7,009 bases of DNA, taken from the NCBI RefSeq assembly GCF_006345805.1, contig NW_021829082.1, forward strand, positions 1 through 7,009. Direction: 5' to 3'. The position numbers were made by a program, and so were the translations under genes. Below, one piece after another: positions 1 through 6,960 of the stretch. Numbering within the stretch: the stretch's first letter is position 1; the number at the start of each line of letters is the position of its first letter. The DNA is from Octopus sinensis. Its lineage: Eukaryota. The notes beneath the pieces were generated by a model. It did not search any database. It was given only the letters and a program-made list of their open reading frames with translations, and was not told where the DNA came from.

Positions 1-29
1 TAAAATAAATAAAAATGATAAATTACAAA

Positions 30-353
30 GAACAGCGGTTTATATATGCTGCTAAGAAATCGATAAAAAAATAAATACTTGAAAAGAGAAAAAGTAGTTG
101 AAGTAAAAGAAAATAAGAAGAGGGTAGAAAATTGGAGAGAAAAAAAAAATGTTAGACAAGCAATTCGTCAAGGAAACAGTAGACAACAATAGGGTTAGCT
201 GAAAGGGAGCAGATTAAAAAAAAAAAGGGAGAAAAATTCTTGTCGGGATTGCACAAAAGCAAGCATTGAGAAATAAACTGATTAAAAAGCAAAGATGATG
301 ATAAAAATAAAATCAAACTCGATACTAAGTGTCGGATTTGTGGCAAAAATAGT
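30..353 (+). mobile_element. Degenerate non-LTR retrotransposon fragment (RLE type, R4/Dong-like), region between RT and the CCHC zinc knuckle
   Basis: Manual translation across frameshifts and stops gives collinear motifs: RVENWREKK (121-147), MLDKQFVKETVD (149-184), AQKQALRNKLIKK (251-289), LDTKCRICGKNS (318-353). Their order matches the recalled consensus W..K.mHGQF ... WL..g.LK.ETE ... AAQdQAL.T ... kCR.C..E of R4/Dong/R2-like elements. The His and final Cys of the knuckle are missing (truncated). Clade not verified by search. Confidence 0.65.
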
Positions 354-394
354 CAGATGTGTTAAACTATTTTGTTTTGTTGTTGTTATTATTC

Positions 395-506
395 AGCCCC
401 TGGGGTCCCTGGACACAAGTGATTGAAGGTGTCTGTGACCAAAAGTATTTCGCCCGTGACCACCACGTCTTTGTTAGATGTATCTAAAACTACATTTTTA
501 CAATGC
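395..506 (+). repeat. Unclassified interspersed repeat fragment (5' part of an octopus-like element, possibly continuing at 676-760)
   Basis: GC-richer island; 'tgtgaccaaaagtatttcgcccgtgaccaccacgtcttt...gtatctaaaactacatt' resembles a common octopus repeat as I recall it. No second copy in the window, so support is from memory only. Confidence 0.3.
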
Positions 507-680
507 AGGTGCTATCAGGTGTAATATCTAATATACGTAGCTCGAATGAAACAGATATAACATTAGAGTGCATGTTCTTTTTGTTTTATTTATTTTTCTT
601 TCCCACAGAGACAGAGCTGTGAAGGTCACAAATTGCAGTTTTCCCTACCTATAAAACCTTTAAAGAATGTAGACATTTAA

Positions 681-725
681 AGACGACAATGTATGATTTC
701 AAAGAGATTCGGCTGCAGTTTCTAG
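681..725 (+). repeat. Interspersed repeat fragment, homologous to the minus-strand copy at 6462-6510
   Basis: agacgacaatgtatg-atttcaaag---agattcggctgcagtttctag aligns with revcomp(6462-6510) agacggtagtgtatgcaactcaaagtaaagatttagttgttatttctag: 34 of 45 aligned bases identical plus 4 gap positions (hand alignment). Confidence 0.55.
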
Positions 726-2138
726 GGTATCAAACGTCGTCTTAGCCTCTCCCTTGTTGAACGTTAATCGTTTTAGTTGAGGAATGACTGCTGTAAAATA
801 TCTTAAAATGGGCAAACAATGTATGATAAAACTGGAATATCCAAGAGAAATTTACTTTGTAGAGAGTTTGGTTGTTAGAAGGTCGGAAAATGAAACAAAT
901 GAAAATTAAAGTCGGCAAAATATTACACAAAAAATACAAGAATAAAAATATAGGAAAATAATAATATGCTCAGGTAATCTGTAAGCTAGATGTCAAAACA
1001 AGGTGAATATTCATTCCAATGAATTTTGTCAAAGATGGCAAAATGTTATATAAACATTAAAAAATACAATAAAAAGGAAAAATTAAGCTAAAATTCGCAC
1101 CAATGAAACTTGCCGTGAGCTGTTATTAAAAAAAACCCAGTAGATTTCTTATAAGATTTCTTATTGTAAAGTGATCATAAAATGTCTATGAAGTCTAAAA
1201 TATAATAAGAGGGAACTAAACAAAATACTTAACATATAATAGAACTATCTGTGCTATATGTTTTCAAGAAGAGGTTTTAAGAAATGGATACGATTGAAAT
1301 GTATATGGCTTGGACAAGAGATATCATAACTGTGTTTTATAAAGGAAATATATTGTCATCGAACCACTAGTAATAACTATACAGATTGTGGATTTAAGAT
1401 TTTCGAATATTGTCTGAGAATATTGATGTCGCCCTTTTATTCTAATCAGTATTGATCTTTGGGGAGTGTGGTTGAGTTTCTTGTTAATACATGTAAACGG
1501 TAAACAACAATCAGAACTAAGATCTCTCATAATAAATACATTTAGCTCCCACTAAAACTTCTCATAATAATAATTTCTGATTTATGTACAACGGCAGTAA
1601 ATTATTGCAGATGATGGCTGTTCGATTCCGTTGACGAATGGTACTTTATTTCAGCATTAACGATCACAGCTTTAAAATTGTTCTTAATAATTGTGTATGA
1701 ATTAGGCACAAAGTCATTAAATTTTTGTGTGAGAGGGTAAGTCGATTACATTCAATTTAGTACTTAATTAGTGCATTATTTTATCGACGTAAAAAGCTAG
1801 AAGAAATTTTGCGAAGCATTTTGTCCCATATTTAACGATTAGGCCAACTGTGATCCTTAATACTGTTTTTTTTATACTTTTGCACAGCACTCAATAACAA
1901 AGTAAGCATGTAATAAGCATTACAAATAAAATATTTTCTATTAATCTTTTACTGTTGGACCATAAGACAGCGTGGTTATGCTACAACATACCGTCTTAAT
2001 TTTCTCGTCGTTGATATTGAGTTGAGGACATCTTTCGGTCTGGTATACAGAATGACTAAAGTTATTTCATTGACGTAAAGAAGGACACAATTCGACATAC
2101 CATTTTACGTTTGGACACATTATATACAAACATACATG

Positions 2139-2186
2139 TATATATATATATATATATTATATATATATATATATCTATATATATAT
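2139..2186. repeat. Imperfect (TA)n microsatellite
   Basis: Directly visible; two interruptions. Confidence 0.95.
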
Positions 2187-2290
2187 TGTTGTATTTTGTA
2201 ATTTTTTTGTCAAGTAAACACACGCACTATATATATATTTCTTCACTCGTTTATTACTGTTCTTATTTTATTATTTTAACTCCTGTCCAT

Positions 2291-2337
2291 TGTTCAGAAC
2301 TCTTTCGTCACATATCTGTGTCCTCTTCAGCGAAACA
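2291..2337 (-). ncRNA. Minimal type I hammerhead-ribozyme-like motif, probably in a Penelope-like/retrozyme-like remnant
   Basis: Minus-strand RNA: UGUUUCG-CUGAAGA(2330-2324)-G-GACACA/GAUA/UGUGAC (stem II, 5 of 6 pairs)-GAAA(2306-2303)-GAG-UU-C-UGAACA. Both catalytic boxes are canonical; stem I can form between UGUUUCG and (C)UGAACA; stem III is minimal. Confidence 0.55.
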
Positions 2338-2375
2338 TTTCATTTTCGTGTGTGTTCTCGCTCCCCTGACTCCAT

Positions 2376-2394
2376 TCTCTCTCTCTCTCTCTCT
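2376..2394. repeat. (TC)n microsatellite
   Basis: Directly visible. Confidence 0.9.
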
Positions 2395-3240
2395 ACGCTA
2401 GTATCGAACAGTGAGAATGAGTGATCAACACCACATCACATTGGCGGATAGGTATTCTTTATTTCTGGGTTAAGAAGGTTACCAATGATTTAAGGTTAAA
2501 AATGAATTTCTTGACAATTATGAATCTTGCCACGTGGGGATGTCGGTACTGGTGTCCATTTTAGATGAAAAAATAAGAGAATCCAAAATGGAGACGAGTC
2601 TTGATGATTGTTAAGAGATAACTCTTTACAGGAAACCATTGGTAATCTTTTTACCCTCAAATAAAGTAGATATATTACACAAGAACACACATGTTCACAC
2701 ATACAAATCAGTCGACTGAAACTAATACCTTGAAGCTCCTACGTTATCTATAAAAGTTGTTTTTTAAAAATTCACTTTTAATACATAAATATATATATTG
2801 ACCTTCCTGACACTGTTCCATTATGTCAAAGATTTAGTTTTACATCATTCAGTTCGTTTAACATTTAGGGATTGTTTAACGCCTAACACAATAAAACACA
2901 AATATTCGAAAGGATAAAATTTGTTATCGTGTTTTCACTACATGCGTACATCTTTACGTTTGTCTTATATATATAGACAGGTTTATACATACAGGGTCCT
3001 TGTCTTACTCATTCATGGCTTTTATAAGGGCAGATATGATACGAGTTCAACCTCAAAATTCATTGTAATATTTAGTTATATAGATACATTCTTCCACTCT
3101 TCTATAAGTTCAAACATTAGGACGGAATAATATAGGATAAAAAAGAAAAGGAATTTAATATCGAACACGTGCTGTATTGAATTGAACCTTTGCCAATCAA
3201 AGAAATCAATACATGTATATATATATGTATGTATGTGTGT

Positions 3241-3280
3241 GTGTATTATACATGTTTATACATGTGTATTATACATGTTT
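3241..3280. repeat. 23-nt tandem duplication (about 1.7 units)
   Basis: gtgtattatacatgtttatacat (3241-3263) followed by gtgtattatacatgttt (3264-3280). Confidence 0.75.
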
Positions 3281-4040
3281 TGTATCAGAGATGTTACCTT
3301 TTATTCTTCTGTCTTTCTTTTAATACTGATTCTGCGAATCTTTCGTTAATTCTCACATTCAGGTAAAGAATAAAAGGTTAATATGTGTATTGTGGTGTCG
3401 AATAATGCAGTTTCCTATTAGCTACGTGTCTATGAACTAAACAATAAAGACATTTAGAAAAATTCAAGTATTCCAATTTGCTATTCTTTCCGAATAATAG
3501 TGAGAGCCAGTAGAAGGGAAGTTGACAAGAAATTAGGCGAATGTTAGGAGAGTTCTGTTATCAGAGTTAACTTCAATATCGTCACGATAGATTTACTATT
3601 ATTTATGTTTTTTAGTTTCTCAGCCACAAGCATATTTACTTCATATTAAACCGCCTAACACACACACTCATATACATATAGAAACTCGCTCACAAATACG
3701 TAAACACGTAATACATCATGTATTCAGACAATTTCCCCTGATTTGCTCTACTCGGAGTTTCTTGTTACCACTTCACCAAGTGACACACCGGTGTTAACCC
3801 ATACTCGTATATCTGTGAACGTATATATGCACACAGACCAATATATACCTATATATACACCCATATGTACATGTACATATATAAATATCATATGCGTATA
3901 TAAGAATACTTAGACATGTAGACACATGCATAATGACATACGTATATACCGATACGGGTTTAAAGAATGCTTGATTAATTAAGAACTAATTATTTCGATC
4001 CTAGTAAAATCATTTCAATACAATAACAGGAGCAACACAC

Positions 4041-4093
4041 GCTGCTGCTGCTGCTACTACTGCTGCTACTACTACTACTACTACTACTACTAT

Positions 4094-4129
<36 letters not shown>
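4041..4129. repeat. Compound (GCT)n/(ACT)n trinucleotide microsatellite
   Basis: Directly visible; produces the poly-Ser tract of ORF 3990..4253(-). Confidence 0.95.
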
Positions 4130-4225
4130 AATAATGATCACGATGATGATAACATATCTCAACCAGTCTCTTAAATGAAGGGTTTTGCTTGTGATTAATA
4201 GAGAAATTATTCATACGATAAGTGC

Positions 4226-4250
4226 TAATAATAATAATAATAATAATAAT
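4226..4250. repeat. (TAA)n microsatellite
   Basis: Directly visible. Confidence 0.95.
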
Positions 4251-4592
4251 CATATGAGGTATTGATAATACTGTACTAAAGTGAATGAAACAACATCATA
4301 GGTAATATTTAATAGCACCATCCGCAGAAATTCCGTAGGTATGATCTGGAATTTAAGATAATTCCCTTTGTAATTGTACTTTTTTTTAAAGCGTTTCAGG
4401 ATTTACATGGCATAAAGTCTACACGACACTGACAGCACTGTATTAGGAAGTGAGATCTTTGAAAGAAAACTACATTCTTTGTTATAGATCTCTCAGATTT
4501 TCTGCCTTGATAATTCTTGTTTTTCTTTTGTTTTGCTCCAGTAAAGCATAAGCATATCCTTTCGAATGAAATTCTCTCGATCTATCTATCTA

Positions 4593-4601
<9 letters not shown>

Positions 4602-4628
<27 letters not shown>
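4602..4628. repeat. (TG)n microsatellite
   Basis: Directly visible, immediately 5' of the SINE. Confidence 0.95.
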
Positions 4629-4630
<2 letters not shown>

Positions 4631-4632
<2 letters not shown>

Positions 4633-4830
4633 GCGCAATGGCCCAGTGGTTATGGCAGCGGACTCGCGGTCGGAGGATTGCGGTTTCAATTCCCAGACCG
4701 GGCGTTGTACTTTTTCTCCAGAACTTTCTCTCAATTCCTGTTTCTTGAGTAACGCTGCGATGGACTGGCGTCCCGTTCAGCTGCGGGCAACTTATACGCC
4801 ACAGAAACCGGGAGCCTGGCTATACTTGAT
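4631..4830 (+). mobile_element. tRNA(Arg)-derived SINE
   Basis: Pol III A box TGGCCCAGTGG (4639-4649), B-box-like GTTTCAATTCC (4683-4693), D stem GCC/GGC. The head aligns with the eukaryotic tRNA-Arg pattern TGGCCTAATGGATAAGGCGTCTGACTTCGGATCAGAAGATTGCAGGTTCGAGTCC. It is followed by a non-tRNA body and ends at (TA)n. tRNA-Arg-derived SINEs (OR families) are described in octopus; family identity not verified. Confidence 0.8.
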
Positions 4831-4839
4831 ATGGGTGAC

Positions 4840-4842
<3 letters not shown>

Positions 4843-4880
<38 letters not shown>

Positions 4881-4910
4881 ATATATATATACATACATAT
4901 ATACATATAC
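4843..4910. repeat. (TA)n/(CATA)n microsatellite
   Basis: Directly visible, 3' of the SINE. Confidence 0.95.
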
Positions 4911-5104
4911 AAAGTTGGCTAAAAGTCACCCGACAGTAAATAAAAAATTCCATAGATATTATCTGTAATTCTGTGTTGACTCCAATGGAAAGATGTGTCT
5001 CCCAAGAAGATCTTCAGTTTGAACAATTTTGATGAAGTTTCACATTTAGATGCTTTTATTAACCCTAACCCTCATTTGTGGGTTAAACGACAAGAGAGTC
5101 CATG

Positions 5105-5132
<28 letters not shown>
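5105..5132. repeat. (TA)n microsatellite
   Basis: Directly visible. Confidence 0.95.
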
Positions 5133-5136
<4 letters not shown>

Positions 5137-5169
5137 TACGTGTATGAATTTGTATTGCAAGATTCCAGA

Positions 5170-5175
<6 letters not shown>

Positions 5176-5242
<67 letters not shown>
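5176..5242. repeat. Long perfect (TA)n microsatellite (67 nt)
   Basis: Directly visible, uninterrupted. Confidence 0.97.
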
Positions 5243-5244
<2 letters not shown>

Positions 5245-5245
<1 letters not shown>

Positions 5246-5335
5246 TATCTGTATGGTAAGAAGCTACTATAGCCTCGGGTCGACCAAATACTTGTGAGTG
5301 AACTTGGTAGACGGAAACTGAAAGATGTCAGTTGT
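5245..5335 (+). mobile_element. Internally deleted SINE copy (second family), plus strand
   Basis: 5264-5320 is 41/57 identical, ungapped, to revcomp(5485-5541). TAAGAAG (5257-5263) joins directly to CTACTATAGC, whereas the other copy has 64 extra nt at this point. Ends in (TA)n. Confidence 0.75.
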
Positions 5336-5468
5336 ATATATATATATATATATATATATATAAGTGTGTGTGTGTGTGTATTTACGTATGTATGTATGCA
5401 TTTCTGCATACATACTTACATGCATACATAAATGCATAATACATACATACATACATATATATATATAC

Positions 5469-5615
5469 ACTCCGGGTTTCCATACAGTTTTCCGATATCA
5501 AATTCTCTCTCAAAACATCGGTCGGCCCGAAGCTGTAGTAGAAAACATTTGCGAAAGTTGCTGAGCAATGGGTCTGATCCTAAAACCACGCGCTTGCAAT
5601 GCGATCTTCTTAATA
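5469..5615 (-). mobile_element. Diverged SINE copy (same family as 5245-5335), minus strand
   Basis: Minus strand: taagaagatcgcattgcaagcgcgtggttttaggatcagacccattgc...ctactacagcttcgggccgacc...ggaaaactgtatggaaacccgg, then (TA)n. Contains a B-box-like GGATCAGACCC and is homologous to the plus-strand copy. Confidence 0.75.
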
Positions 5616-5940
5616 TGCATGTATATACAGAAACAATAAGATTTCTTGACAAAACTCTACCTCCTTATAGTTTGAGAAATTCTAGAAGCTATTTGACATA
5701 TTTTATTCGGGTTTTTTTTTCAGTTTTTTTCTTTATATGTGGTTTATATTGTTGTTTGAGTGTTTCGGAAATGGCGACAAGTAAGGATAGTTAGTGGGAG
5801 ACAACAATAAACAACATAAACATCATTTTAAAACTAAATTAAACGGGCAATTTCCTAACTAAATTACACAAGAAATATCCCACATCTTGTTTGGTTTTGT
5901 TGAAATTTTCATTATATCATTTTATTTTGGTGTATTTCTG

Positions 5941-5969
5941 TATTTATTTATATTTATTTATATTTATTT
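5941..5969. repeat. (TATTTATTTA)x3 tandem repeat
   Basis: Directly visible. Confidence 0.8.
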
Positions 5970-6095
5970 GTTTACTTCGAATGCTCGTGTAAAGTGAGTT
6001 GAAAGTCTGTAAGGAAACAAACTTGTAGCTACAAGCTATATTATAAAGAAAGCGTAGATACCCACTCACACTCGATCGCATTCACTTACGCACTA

Positions 6096-6122
6096 ACTCA
6101 CTCACTCACTCACTCACTCACT
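6096..6122. repeat. (ACTC)n tetranucleotide microsatellite
   Basis: Directly visible. Confidence 0.9.
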
Positions 6123-6461
6123 GATTCTTCCTTTTCTCAATCGCTCCAAGCGATGTTGGCAAGCAACAACAACATGCCCAGCAGTCATATAGCTAGCAGC
6201 AGCTCCTCCCATATAAACGCTTACACAACCAACCGTTGAGGGTAATACATAGATATATAAATATATCAGGTGAAAGCTGGTGTTTAATTGGTCAGCATTC
6301 TTATTCTTCGTCAAAACAAAAAATTTAACAACAGAATGTATGCATATATATGTATATTTGTAGAGGCTGGTGGTGGTCAACTCGATACGATAACTAAAGT
6401 GGTGGCAATGTGTGGGGGGCGTCTCTCCACCCATACCATATATTATTAATCGACCCAGCTG

Positions 6462-6510
6462 CTAGAAATAACAACTAAATCTTTACTTTGAGTTGCATAC
6501 ACTACCGTCT
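6462..6510 (-). repeat. Interspersed repeat fragment, inverted relative to 681-725
   Basis: See the alignment under 681-725. Confidence 0.55.
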
Positions 6511-6544
6511 CTCCCCCTTTCTCTTTGTGTGTGTGTATGAGTGT

Positions 6545-6741
6545 GCGCAGATCGTTAGCTACTACACACATTTTTTTTTGTACTTGTTTCTCTCCTTGTT
6601 TTTTTCTGTGTATTTTTCTGTAGAAGAGCGTAGGCTCGAAACGTAAAAGACTTTTTCTATTCCTGAGCGCTATACTAATACATCTGTTTATTTGTACACC
6701 ACCTGCCTTCGTCTTTTGTTTATTTTCGTAAATTTTCCCTT
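6545..6741 (+). mobile_element. Penelope-like element terminal-repeat-type remnant carrying a hammerhead-like motif
   Basis: T-rich segment bounded by (TG)n and (TA)n, containing ctgtagaagagcgtaggctcgaaacgta. This matches the CTGAnGA-A...CGAAACGT signature that Penelope-like elements are known to carry. No RT or GIY-YIG ORF is present, so the class is inferred. Confidence 0.5.
6613..6650 (+). ncRNA. Minimal type I hammerhead-like motif with an A6U core variant
   Basis: UUUUU-CUGUAGA(6618-6624)-A-GAGC/GUAG/GCUC (perfect stem II)-GAAA(6638-6641)-C-GUA-AAAGA. Palindromic ACGU stem III, GUA triplet, 5-bp stem I (4 U-A, 1 U-G). Confidence 0.5.
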
Positions 6742-6754
6742 TATATATATATAT

Positions 6755-6786
<32 letters not shown>

Positions 6787-6810
6787 AAGGTATACATATG
6801 TATGTATGTG

Positions 6811-6873
<63 letters not shown>

Positions 6874-6960
6874 AAAGATATATATATTCGTATCTATCAA
6901 TCGTATGTATACGTATCTATCTATATCTATGTGTGTGTGCGTGTGTGTGTGTTTGTGTGT
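6742..6960. repeat. Compound microsatellite block (TA)n-(GA)n-(TATG)-(TA)n-(TG)n-(TCTA)-(TG)n
   Basis: Directly visible. Confidence 0.9.

Noticed and set aside
152-346. 64-aa hydrophobic minus-strand ORF
   Set aside because: It is the antisense of the A-rich LINE relic; the meaningful motifs are on the plus strand.
1611-1742. Candidate exon ending at strong donor GTAAGT (1737-1742)
   Set aside because: From the 1611 acceptor all frames stop; from the 1655 acceptor the one open frame (LTITALKLFLIIVYELGTKSLNFCVR) is unrecognisable.
2399-2457. Candidate exon encoding MSDQHHITLAD with AG/GT boundaries
   Set aside because: The pyrimidine tract is a microsatellite, the donor is weak, and no in-frame downstream exon or recognisable protein was found.
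3325-3363. Minus-strand CUGAAUG...CGAAAGAUUC hammerhead-like spacing
   Set aside because: G8-A9 is absent and there is no convincing stem II.
3990-4253. Poly-Ile/poly-Ser ORF on the minus strand
   Set aside because: Fully explained by the (TAA)n and (ACT/GCT)n microsatellites.
4257-4560. Cluster of donor-like AG|GT sites and acceptor-like tracts (4399, 4541)
   Set aside because: Implied exons contain early stops or run into microsatellites; such motifs are common in AT-rich DNA.
4631-4705. Functional tRNA gene
   Set aside because: Acceptor, anticodon and T stems pair poorly, the B box is degenerate, and a SINE body follows; it is a SINE head.
4985-5017. Third hammerhead candidate (minus-strand CUGAAGA at 5017-5011)
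   Set aside because: No GAAA box follows the potential stem II.
5059-5086. TTAA-CCC...GGG-TTAA piggyBac-like ends and TAACCCTAACCCT telomere-like dimer
   Set aside because: Only 28 bp with 3-bp terminal repeats and two telomeric units; expected by chance, and piggyBac leaves no footprint.
5771-5786. ATGGCGACAA|GTAAGG start micro-exon
   Set aside because: Good Kozak and donor look, but only 10 coding nt with no promoter or CpG support and no partner exon identified.
5050-5794. Overlapping ORFs 5050..5244, 5083..5409, 5267..5470, 5364..5564, 5416..5652, 5432..5794
   Set aside because: They are stop-free read-throughs of (TA)n/(TG)n/(CATA)n and SINE sequence (YIYI, CVCV, HTHT runs), with no recognisable domain.
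6022-6035. 14-bp palindrome CTTGTAGCTACAAG
   Set aside because: About one such palindrome is expected by chance in 7 kb of AT-rich sequence, and it has no supporting context.
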